DNA of 64,000 bases. Origin: Promethearchaeota archaeon. Its GTDB lineage: Archaea > Asgardarchaeota > Lokiarchaeia > Sigyniarchaeales > SOKP01. Within the stretch, counting starts at the first letter, position 1. Each line of letters starts with the position of its first letter. The position numbers and the translations under genes were made by a program. Positions 8,256-17,158 of the stretch are shown here, piece after piece. The stretch is from contig JAHPZE010000012.1 of NCBI GenBank assembly GCA_019058365.1, positions 13,451-77,450 on the forward strand, written 5' to 3'. The notes beneath the pieces are model-generated. The model made no database searches and was not told where the DNA came from. It worked only from the letters and a program-made list of their open reading frames with translations.

Positions 8256-9374
8256 CTAATGATTCATAAAGACTTCTTTTCGCATAATTTTTTGTTTGGA
8301 AAATTTCGATAGCAACTCTTTTATTTCTTTTAAACGTTTATTATCAAGTTCTACCGGATTTAAAACTCCAGCTTTAATTGCCTTGGTAAAAATTTCATCT
8401 CCTTTTTTTGTGCGAGTCATAACTGTTGTAAATTTATCCGGAGATCCTAAGCCTCCAAAAGAAATATCGGCATAAATATTAGTAAAATCGTTGCACGCAT
8501 TGCACGCAGAGCGCATATAATTATTTAGCTTATCAAAGGGAATATGAATTGTCTCTGACTTAATGTTACTTTTCTTTACATTAATTATTAAATCTTCTTT
8601 TATATTGATTTTTTCAACTTCCTCAAACTTAATATTAAATTCTTTTTCAAATTGCTCACTTTTAGCTTTATCAAAAAAGAAATTCTCATAACAAAACAAT
8701 CCTATGCATAAATCTATATTTTGTGAGGGAATTATTCCTAATTCTTGCATACATCTAATAGTATAAATTTGACAGGGAGTTCCAACAATTGCTAGTTTAT
8801 CAAATCTTACTTGTTTTAATTTTTCGAAAGAACTGGTGTAAGTATGGAATTTTTGTATTTCTGTTACTTGATGGTGTAAATCTAATTTAACTCCTGATGA
8901 ATTAATTAGGTCTTCTTTATTTTTAGCAATATTAGCTTCTCTTGAAAAAGCAGCTTTGGTTTTTGCAACAATCGCTCCATTAATTATTTTTTTTTCTAAT
9001 AAAAAGTTCAATAATGAATTTACGATACCTCCATCAGTTCCATATTTTAAAAATTCTTCATCATTTGTTTGGCAAATATAAATATTTCTAATATGCCCAA
9101 TGGGCATTGAAGAAAAGTCTGCAAAATTATAAGTCTTGTTAAGTTCATCATCTAAAACGTGTGTTTGTGGACAAATTATATAACATATGCCACATTCAAG
9201 GCAATTATCTTCATTTATAAATTCTGGTGGGCCACTAGATTTTTTAAATCCGATTACTCCACTTTCAATAGCATTACAAAAACTTACACATCCCCCACAT
9301 TCTTGACAAATTCCCTTATTATGAACTTCCTTAATCAAATCCTTAAAACTTTTAACACTCACTTGTATAACCAC
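8256..9374 (-). CDS. Coenzyme F420 hydrogenase/dehydrogenase beta subunit (FrhB/FdhB family) with N-terminal 2x4Fe-4S
   Basis: CQECGGCVSFC and CLECGICYIICP, GTDGG, VGTPCQ, IGLFC, C.ACNDFT..YADISFGGLGSP. Confidence 0.9.
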   Translation of the reverse strand: MVIQVSVKSFKDLIKEVHNKGICQECGGCVSFCNAIESGVIGFKKSSGPPEFINEDNCLECGICYIICPQTHVLDDELNKTYNFADFSSMPIGHIRNIYICQTNDEEFLKYGTDGGIVNSLLNFLLEKKIINGAIVAKTKAAFSREANIAKNKEDLINSSGVKLDLHHQVTEIQKFHTYTSSFEKLKQVRFDKLAIVGTPCQIYTIRCMQELGIIPSQNIDLCIGLFCYENFFFDKAKSEQFEKEFNIKFEEVEKINIKEDLIINVKKSNIKSETIHIPFDKLNNYMRSACNACNDFTNIYADISFGGLGSPDKFTTVMTRTKKGDEIFTKAIKAGVLNPVELDNKRLKEIKELLSKFSKQKIMRKEVFMNH

Positions 9375-9788
9375 CCAAATTTCCTACTTTTTTTTCCATT
9401 ATATTAATTGTGGATTTCATATATAGATTATGGGATCCAGTCACAGACATTTAGAACATGGAAAATAGTAGTGTCAATAAATATAAAAATTTTTTTCATA
9501 TAACTTTTAAGGTATGTATTATCATGGAAGATCTGATGAATTTTGGCAAGCAGACATGTCTTATATGAAAAGTGCATTGATAAATTTTAACATACTTAAA
9601 AACCAGATTTTTGGATAAGTTATACAATAAGAAGATAAAACATAGTATAGGTGATGTGACACTTTATCTTTACATTAATTGCTTTTTATCCCAACCTTTA
9701 TATATACGATATATCATACTATTAATAGAATTAAGAGTATTACAAGTATTAAAAAAAAATATTTTTCTAATAATTAAGGTTGAGAAGA

Positions 9789-10013
9789 ATGGTCATATCA
9801 GAAATTGATTATTCTAAAATGTTTTTGGAAGCACTACACTTTTTGCAAAACAGTTATAAGAAATTTCCTAAATTTATGATTGAAATTATAGCTGAAAATT
9901 ATGGAATACCATCTCCAGAAGTGAAGAAACTCTTCAATCTTTTTAGAAGGAATGGAATGTTAAAAATTCTAAAAAATGAAGGATTTTATTATCAATTAAA
10001 TGATATTTCTTAA
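9789..10013 (+). CDS. Small hypothetical wHTH-like protein
   Basis: Helical ~74-aa ORF ending in a wing-like segment GMLKILKNEGFYYQL. ATG at 9789 follows AAGGTTGAG. Confidence 0.55.
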   Translation: MVISEIDYSKMFLEALHFLQNSYKKFPKFMIEIIAENYGIPSPEVKKLFNLFRRNGMLKILKNEGFYYQLNDIS

Positions 10014-10666
10014 AAATAATTCTCATTAATGATTTGATTGGATAGAAAAGTATAGATGGTGTTCCAGCAACTTTATCACTTATAGATGACGCTATACAAA
10101 TGGAAATCGAAGACTAAATAATTAATTGGGACGTCACTAATTATATAGAGATTCAAAACATAGGTATATATACGGGGGGAGGCGAATTAGGAAAAATCAA
10201 GCTGATTGTTACTAAATTTGAAGATTACATGTCCCTAATAGCATTCGAGACTGGAATACTTCTTATTGAATGTTTATGATAGCAAATTAATTTTAAAAGT
10301 TTAATTGAATAAATTACTATTTTTTTATTACTCTTAGAATTACTCTAATTGAATTATTTAATGGACCTTACCTAAGGTATATATAATTCCAATTAAGTAC
10401 AACTAAAATATGTGAATAATTTTTAATATTTGTATTAAAAATCATCAAACAGGAAAAAAATTTTTTGAATATCCAATTTTTAGGACTATTTATAATGAAA
10501 TTAAAAGCAAATTTAATATTAGATACCAATATAATTCTAATTTTTAGATTCTTTTTTCTAAAGAGATTTTTAAAACATCTTTTTAGTGTTATCAAAAACT
10601 TTATTTAAGATTTTTTCCAAATAAGACTATAAAAATGTGGTTTATCCAAAGTAAATCCAAACTATA

Positions 10667-11512
10667 ATGGTTAAAATAAATATTAAATGTCCAACATGTT
10701 CTCAGAACCGGGACCTTAATATCAATGAGGACGAGATTGAATTAAAGCCAAGTGGTCTTACTTCGATAAATATTGTAAAAAATTTTACTTGTGAACATAC
10801 CTATATTGCCTATATTGATCGACATTATAATGTAAGAGATTATTTCGATTTGGATTATAGTGTCGAGCTTCCCAAAATAATTACAGAAGACCAAACAATG
10901 GATATTGTTGAAGATTCAATTATGTCCTTTGATTACGATTTGATTAAATTAAATTTAACTCAAAACATATTAACAGTTATTCTTAAAGCAATTCTATCAA
11001 AAAAACCATGTGTTTTCATTAAAGATAAGGACATTTTATACGATTATGTAATCCCCTTTTTCAAGACTATTAATGAAAATGCATTTGAATTTGATATGGA
11101 AATAATCTCTGAGGAGACTTACCAAAATTCTAAGTCTAAATTCAAAAAATATGTAATCGTGAATAGTTCTGCTATTTTGAACAATCCCTATAAGTTCATT
11201 GATATAAAAAAATTAAAGGTAGAAAAAAGAATTATTAATGCTTTTATTGTTGAATTGGATATTAGAATGGGATTAAAAATTATCAAGAATCATATTAGAA
11301 ATGCAAATGATTTAGCTGTTAAAATTTGTGATTATGTAAAAAATCATGTAAATGAAAAGCATATTTATGCGAAAAATATAATAGATTATCTAGAAAGTAC
11401 TTATGGAATAATAATTTCTTCGCAATATTTAGATTTCCTGATTGAAGTAGTTCATCAATATTTTGAAATTCCAGTAAAGCTTTCAATGTCTCGTTATGCC
11501 GGAGTCTTTTAG
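10667..11512 (+). CDS. Zn-ribbon (CPTC...C.H) protein of a Lokiarchaeia-type family with a C-terminal alpha/beta domain
   Basis: IKCPTC, CEHTYIAYIDRHYNVRDY motifs. Confidence 0.7.
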   Translation: MVKINIKCPTCSQNRDLNINEDEIELKPSGLTSINIVKNFTCEHTYIAYIDRHYNVRDYFDLDYSVELPKIITEDQTMDIVEDSIMSFDYDLIKLNLTQNILTVILKAILSKKPCVFIKDKDILYDYVIPFFKTINENAFEFDMEIISEETYQNSKSKFKKYVIVNSSAILNNPYKFIDIKKLKVEKRIINAFIVELDIRMGLKIIKNHIRNANDLAVKICDYVKNHVNEKHIYAKNIIDYLESTYGIIISSQYLDFLIEVVHQYFEIPVKLSMSRYAGVF

Positions 11513-11581
11513 CAATACTATCATTTTATTATAATTTTGCTAGTATATAAAAACAAGAAGTTAATGATAATTTAGATAGAT

Positions 11582-12235
11582 TTATTTATCAGAAGTTTCC
11601 AATTTAAAGGGTCTGAAATAACCTAACGCGAAGAACATGCCATAACAATAAGCAATTATCCCCAGAATAAATTTTAAATAAGATTCTGAAACCCCTACGA
11701 ATGTTGTAAGAATGAAAAAGAGTGCTAAACCAAGTGCCCCATTATCTTTTAACTTAAATCCTGTATAAAGTAAAAATACTAACACTGCTAAATAACCAAT
11801 GAGCATCGAAGGTAAATATAACACAGTAAAGTCAACCAAGAAAATTAAAAGAATTACAATAATAAAGTAAATAACCGGAGCTATTTTTAAGAATACCCAT
11901 TTATTAGCATGACCTACAATGTATAATCCACATACAATTACAACAGGAACAGATAAAGATTGTACAACAATAGTGCTATAGTCAATATCCATCCAGTAAA
12001 TTGGAATTACATTGTGCAATGGCGTATTATAATATAGAAATTCCCATATGTTAAAATAGAGTATCCCAAGAAACCAGACAATCATCAATATTCGAATTAT
12101 ATCCCAATCATTTGTCTTATCATGATAATCTTTTAATTTTATAAACATCGTGATAACCATTATTATTATTGCAACTACTCCTAATAAATTAGTAAAAAAG
12201 CTTAAACCCACTTCAAGATTTATTTGACCAATCAT
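11582..12235 (-). CDS. Hypothetical multi-pass (~7 TM) membrane protein
   Basis: About seven hydrophobic segments in 217 aa. Confidence 0.7.
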   Translation of the reverse strand: MIGQINLEVGLSFFTNLLGVVAIIIMVITMFIKLKDYHDKTNDWDIIRILMIVWFLGILYFNIWEFLYYNTPLHNVIPIYWMDIDYSTIVVQSLSVPVVIVCGLYIVGHANKWVFLKIAPVIYFIIVILLIFLVDFTVLYLPSMLIGYLAVLVFLLYTGFKLKDNGALGLALFFILTTFVGVSESYLKFILGIIAYCYGMFFALGYFRPFKLETSDK

Positions 12236-12372
12236 ATCAATTACTCATCTTTCATTTTTATTTAAATTTTATTATTTTTTTAAACAGAATTGAAGATATA
12301 TATGAACACAATTTCTAAATAATTAAAAAAATTATGTAAATTAAAGATTTTAACTCCAAAGTTTAATATCCT

Positions 12373-12990
12373 CTATTTTCCTAGCAATTTGAGGGCAATA
12401 CTCACTGCTTCAGTAGCATTAGGAGCATAAGAATCAGCACCAATAGATTGAGCGAAACGTTCAGAAACGGGAGCCCCTCCTACCATAATCTTCACTTGAT
12501 TCCTTAAATTATTAGTCTTTAAAGCTTGAATTACCCCTTCCATTTCTAGCATTGTTGTGGTTAATAAAGCAGAGAGTCCTATGATATCTGGTTTATCGTT
12601 CTTGACAGATTCTACGAATTCGTTCTTATGTACATCAATACCTAAATCTATTACTTCAAATCCAGCTCCTTCAAACATAGTTAATACCAGATTTTTTCCT
12701 ATATCATGAATGTCTCCTTGTACAGTTCCGAGAACTATTTTGCCCTTATATTCTTTCTTTGTATCTCCTAATTTTGGCTTTATTATTTTCATCCCTTCTT
12801 TAAATGTTTCAGCCGCCTGCATCATATCGACTACAAAATACTCCCCACTTTTGAATTTTTCACCAGCTAATTTTAATCCATTGATAAGCTCTTCGGTAAT
12901 TTTGATTGGCTCTGTATTTTTTACAGCTTCTATTACAGCTTCTTCAATAGCATAAACCTCCCCTTCTTCGACCAGTTTGCTTAGTGACAT
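12373..12990 (-). CDS. Corrinoid (B12-binding) protein of a methyltransferase system (MtbC/MttC-like)
   Basis: GTVQGDIHDIGKNLV (DxHxxG), GLSALLTTT, IMVGGAP, plus an N-terminal cap domain. Confidence 0.95.
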   Translation of the reverse strand: MSLSKLVEEGEVYAIEEAVIEAVKNTEPIKITEELINGLKLAGEKFKSGEYFVVDMMQAAETFKEGMKIIKPKLGDTKKEYKGKIVLGTVQGDIHDIGKNLVLTMFEGAGFEVIDLGIDVHKNEFVESVKNDKPDIIGLSALLTTTMLEMEGVIQALKTNNLRNQVKIMVGGAPVSERFAQSIGADSYAPNATEAVSIALKLLGK

Positions 12991-14192
12991 TATTTATACA
13001 CCCCATATTTTTCTACTGAATTAAGAATTAAATCGATTTTTGTTAAATCAGTTCCTAAAGGAACTGCAGCTACTCCTAAACCTAAAGGGACTTCATTTTT
13101 CACTGCAAGTTCACATATCTTTCTTACTTGTGCCTCAATTTCTTCTTTAGTTCCATCTCTTAAAAATTTACCATGAATAAGATATTGGTAGGGGGTTTTG
13201 AGTTCCTTTGATAACTGAATCATTTCCTCATCATATGCATCTGGTGTCAAACCAATTTCATTTTGTGGGAACATATAATTATTAAAACATGCTATACCAC
13301 TAAGAGCGCGGTAATCACTAATCTCATTTGCTACAGTTGGTGAGGGTGGCATGTAACCTGCTGTTGGACGATACTTTTTAAATTCCTTCCATACTGATTC
13401 CACATACGGATATATATAGGTAATAAAATCGTTAGGGGACATAATCGGTGGATTTGCATATTGATTTACAATTACACAACCGAGCATATTAATTCCTTGT
13501 TCTTTATACATTTTCCCTATATGAATACTAGCTTCAGTAGCAAAGTCCATGATCCTAGGAAAAAAGGTTGGATCACCTTTTTTTTTTATCTTCTCTTTTT
13601 GAGCTAAATCCGTTGTTTTAACATAATTTTTGTAGAGAATGAAATCATTAAATAGTTTCTCTCCCCGCAATAAAATTGCTAAATCAAAAGATCCCTCAAC
13701 AATTGGAGGAGAATTCATTTCGGGATATCTATCTTGGGTTTCAACAATCAATTCAATCTGGTTTTTTAAAAATCCTTCCAATTTTGGTAATTCTAATTCT
13801 TCTAATGACATTTTATCAAGCGCATACACATCCGGAGAAGGCTCAACCATAGGGGATATTCGCATTGTAGTCCCCATCTCTACTTGACCCATTCCGGCTA
13901 ATCCCAACCAACTTGCTGGCATTGCAGCATCTACAGTAGGGAATCTTTTTCGCATTATAGCAAATAATTCTAGATTTGCTTCCCAATTATTAGTCAAACG
14001 TACAAAATCATAATTAGGATCAAGTAGTTGTGGGTGAATATTACTTGGAACAAGCAAAGTTGCTACTCTATCAATTTTAGAGAAAAGTGAAGTTAATAGA
14101 AACCTCTCAGATCCGGTTAAAGGTCGTCCCACCGTCATTTTTAGTTTTCCTTTAACAATATCTTTAATAATCTTAAACATTTTTAGTGTCAT
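12990..14192 (-). CDS. Uroporphyrinogen decarboxylase-fold methyltransferase (MtaA/CmuA-like, divergent)
   Basis: GSFDLAILLRGE, MSPNDF..YIYPY, GTKEEIEAQV, VPLGT. Translationally coupled (TAATG) to the corrinoid gene. Confidence 0.75.
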   Translation of the reverse strand: MTLKMFKIIKDIVKGKLKMTVGRPLTGSERFLLTSLFSKIDRVATLLVPSNIHPQLLDPNYDFVRLTNNWEANLELFAIMRKRFPTVDAAMPASWLGLAGMGQVEMGTTMRISPMVEPSPDVYALDKMSLEELELPKLEGFLKNQIELIVETQDRYPEMNSPPIVEGSFDLAILLRGEKLFNDFILYKNYVKTTDLAQKEKIKKKGDPTFFPRIMDFATEASIHIGKMYKEQGINMLGCVIVNQYANPPIMSPNDFITYIYPYVESVWKEFKKYRPTAGYMPPSPTVANEISDYRALSGIACFNNYMFPQNEIGLTPDAYDEEMIQLSKELKTPYQYLIHGKFLRDGTKEEIEAQVRKICELAVKNEVPLGLGVAAVPLGTDLTKIDLILNSVEKYGVYK

Positions 14193-14388
14193 TTAGTAAT
14201 TTATCTTAATTATCAATAATTTACATTAGACGTGAATCCTTTTAATATATCCTTTTTTTTTTTAAATTAAATTTTTTTTGATATGAATTTTTAGAGATAA
14301 GAGGAATTCGGTTTGCATAATTTTCTAAATCCTTTTTAATTATACTTGTCTAACCTTAAATAAAGGTATAAATATGATTTAAAAGCTA

Positions 14389-15654
14389 ATGTCCTCCGAG
14401 TTTAATCAAAAATTAGAAAAGTATGCAGAAGTGATATTAAAAGTAGGTTTGAATCTGCAATCGGGGCAAAAGCTTCTGATTGGAGGTCCTTCGTTAGATG
14501 CTGATGGAATTCCTCTTGAATCTGCTCCTTTGGTGAGATTAATAACAAAAAAAGCATATCAAATGGGAGCCCGATTGGTCGATGTAGTATGGGGAGATGT
14601 GCAATTACGTAAAATTCAATTTCAGAATGCTCCTAAGGATTCAATTGAAGAATATCCGAAATGGAGAATAGATTCGAGATATAATATTTCTAAAGCGGGA
14701 GATGCGAATCTTCACTTTACAAGCCCAAATCCCGATTTACTAAGCGATGCGGAACCTGAATTGGTCTCACAGTTCCAAACATCATATTATAAGCAAATGA
14801 AGCCGGTCTATGATCTTCTTACAGCTAATGCATTTAACTGGTTAATAGTTCCATTTCCAAATGATGAATGGGCTGATAAGCTTTTCCCAGATGTCCCTCA
14901 AAATAGTCGAAAGGACAAACTTTGGGATATCATTTTCGAGATTTGCCGTATAAACAATAAGGATCCGATTTCTGCCTGGGAAATTCACAATAATAATCTT
15001 TCTAAGCGAAGTAGATATCTTAATCAGAAACAGTATACTGCATTAAAATTGACTGCTCCTGGCACAGATTTAATGATTGGTTTACCTAAAAACCATATCT
15101 GGGAAGGTGGAAGTTCTATTGCTAAGAATGGTATAACTTTTATAGGTAATATACCCACTGAAGAAGTCTATACAATGCCACATAAAGATAAAGTTGAGGG
15201 TGTAGTGAGTACTTCTAAACCGGTGTACTATGGTGGATACACTGTAGAAAATTGCCGTTTTACATTCTCTGAAGGGAGAATAATTGAAGCTACAGCAGAT
15301 AAGGGTGAAAAATTCTTACTTAACACACTTAAAACAGATGAAGGGGCAAGTAGATTAGGAGAGATTGCATTAGTGCCACATAGTTCTCCTATATCACAGA
15401 CTAAATTGCTTTTTTATAGTATGTTAATTGATGAAAATGCTTCGAATCATATCGCGTTAGGTCAAGCTTACAGAGATTCATTGAAAAATGGTAAAGCATT
15501 AAGTGATAAAGAATTTATGTCTGCTGGGGGTAATAATAGTCTTATTCATCTTGATTTCATGATTGGTTCGGGAGAAATGAATGTAGATGGAATATTGGAT
15601 GATGAAACCACAGAACCAATAATGCAAAATGGAGAATGGGCTTTTGAAATATAA
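14389..15654 (+). CDS. Aminopeptidase, M29 family (AmpS/AmpT-like)
   Basis: NIPTEEVYT, RLGEIALV, DENASNHIALGQAY, NNSLIHLDFMIG. Confidence 0.95.
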   Translation: MSSEFNQKLEKYAEVILKVGLNLQSGQKLLIGGPSLDADGIPLESAPLVRLITKKAYQMGARLVDVVWGDVQLRKIQFQNAPKDSIEEYPKWRIDSRYNISKAGDANLHFTSPNPDLLSDAEPELVSQFQTSYYKQMKPVYDLLTANAFNWLIVPFPNDEWADKLFPDVPQNSRKDKLWDIIFEICRINNKDPISAWEIHNNNLSKRSRYLNQKQYTALKLTAPGTDLMIGLPKNHIWEGGSSIAKNGITFIGNIPTEEVYTMPHKDKVEGVVSTSKPVYYGGYTVENCRFTFSEGRIIEATADKGEKFLLNTLKTDEGASRLGEIALVPHSSPISQTKLLFYSMLIDENASNHIALGQAYRDSLKNGKALSDKEFMSAGGNNSLIHLDFMIGSGEMNVDGILDDETTEPIMQNGEWAFEI

Positions 15655-15717
15655 TATTTTTTAACCCAAAAATTTTCTCAAAGATTCTAAAAAAAATCTA
15701 CTCTAGATGATAAATAA

Positions 15718-16053
15718 CTGAAGTTAAATAGATTAAAATCAATCGTTAATCAAGTAATAAGAGAATCATCCAGAAATTTACACGGATATATGGTAGATCC
15801 ATTTTACAATTATACTCCTGAATATGAAATTATAATAGATTTAAAAGCAGGTACCTTAACTCCAGATTTGGGAGGAGATGATGTGGAAAGCTATTATAAA
15901 TCTATTATCGATTGGTTTCATAAGGTGTTGCCAAAAGAAGGGATTCCAATTGAAATTATTTATACTGCAATTTTAAAGATAAATCCTCAAGGTAAAAAGT
16001 GTCATATTGAAGCTCAAGGACGAAAATTTACTTCTTTTTTAAAATTTACATAG
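15718..16053 (+). CDS. Hypothetical protein (possible CTG start at 15718; first ATG at 15790)
   Basis: The frame stays open 24 codons upstream of the ATG: (L)KLNRLKSIVNQVIRESSRNLHGY-MVDPF. Confidence 0.55.
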   Translation: MKLNRLKSIVNQVIRESSRNLHGYMVDPFYNYTPEYEIIIDLKAGTLTPDLGGDDVESYYKSIIDWFHKVLPKEGIPIEIIYTAILKINPQGKKCHIEAQGRKFTSFLKFT

Positions 16054-16467
16054 TTCAATTCAATTGTATTGACAAATAGAATGCAAAAGTCCTCGAATTT
16101 CCTACAGCTAAATAAAAGATTTAAGAAAAAGAGTCTCATAATATGTATTAAAATACAACCAAGAGATCCAAGAAAAATTAAAGAATCAATAAACAATCGT
16201 TTAAAAAATATATCTCTAAGATTGGTCTGCCAAGTAAGTTATTTATAACTGAAGATGATATTATTTTAGAAGAATTAACATAAGATGTCATTGGATCTTA
16301 AATTATATTAATAAATACTTCCAAACTTCTTATGCAGAAGGAAATTAAAGATTGTATGTTTAAGTATAATAAAATATTGGACTATTAAAATTTCATATAG
16401 ATTTCTTTTTTCACTTTAATATAAATAAAATACCTTTTTATTCTAATTACAATATGAGGTCGTTATT

Positions 16468-16929
16468 ATGAAAAAGATTTGGATAATTCATAACTCTGAG
16501 CATGGAAATTCTGAAAAGATTTCAAAACAACTTGCTGAGGGTTTAAAAGATGGTTATGAAGTAAGTGTAGGGAGCATCCGAAATACTAATCCGGAAGATA
16601 TTGCTAAAGACGAGCCTTATGGATTAATTATTGCTGTTAGAATTATTGCATTCTCATCAGATAAAGAGATGCGAAAGTTTGTCAGCAATTTAAATGATGT
16701 CATAACTCAACCAATTTCGAAAGTCGCCTATTTTGCAACCCATGCTTTAGGATGGAAGAAATTCTTTATAAAAGGAATGAAAAAGACTCTTGAAAAAGTT
16801 GGATGCGTTGAGGAAATCTGCCCAGAATATCTTGAAGTAAGAATGCAAGGGGCTGAAGGACCAGCTGTAGAAGGTGCAGATGCGAAAATTGAAGAATATA
16901 TTTCTACATTAAAGGAATTTCTAAAATAA
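16468..16929 (+). CDS. Flavodoxin-like protein
   Basis: IWIIHNSEHGNSEKIS FMN-loop pattern and VAYFATH. GAGGT SD upstream. Confidence 0.8.
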   Translation: MKKIWIIHNSEHGNSEKISKQLAEGLKDGYEVSVGSIRNTNPEDIAKDEPYGLIIAVRIIAFSSDKEMRKFVSNLNDVITQPISKVAYFATHALGWKKFFIKGMKKTLEKVGCVEEICPEYLEVRMQGAEGPAVEGADAKIEEYISTLKEFLK

Positions 16930-17158
16930 AATAAAATAAAATGAATTCATTGATTTTAAACTGATTTTATTCCATAAATATATAATATTTTTTTTTGATG
17001 ATAAAATATATAATCTTTTTTGATTGAAGTAGAAGTATCTAACTTACATATTAGTCTTTTTTCTATTAGTGAAAGCAGAGAATTTTTAATACGAGTTAAA
17101 TTATTCTAAGACATTCAAATATTAACTTAATATATTTAATTTAAATGAAGGTTCAAAA

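Noticed and set aside
8256-9374. Selenocysteine recoding in the FrhB or other Fe-S genes
   Set aside because: The ORFs are complete with no in-frame TGA needed.
9611-9808. 65-aa ORF, and likewise 10368-10595 and 16014-16196
   Set aside because: AT-rich intergenic sequence with no SD or motif. The first overlaps the likely promoter of the next gene.
10040-10281. Broken protein-like frames (IDGVPATLSL... / NWDVTNYIEIQNIGIYTGGGELGKI...)
   Set aside because: Possibly a pseudogene remnant, but I recognise no family and cannot support it without a search.
16081-16283. RLVCQV...EDDIILEE resembling a 2Fe-2S ferredoxin C-terminus
   Set aside because: The other cluster cysteines are absent and a frameshift is required, so the evidence is too weak.
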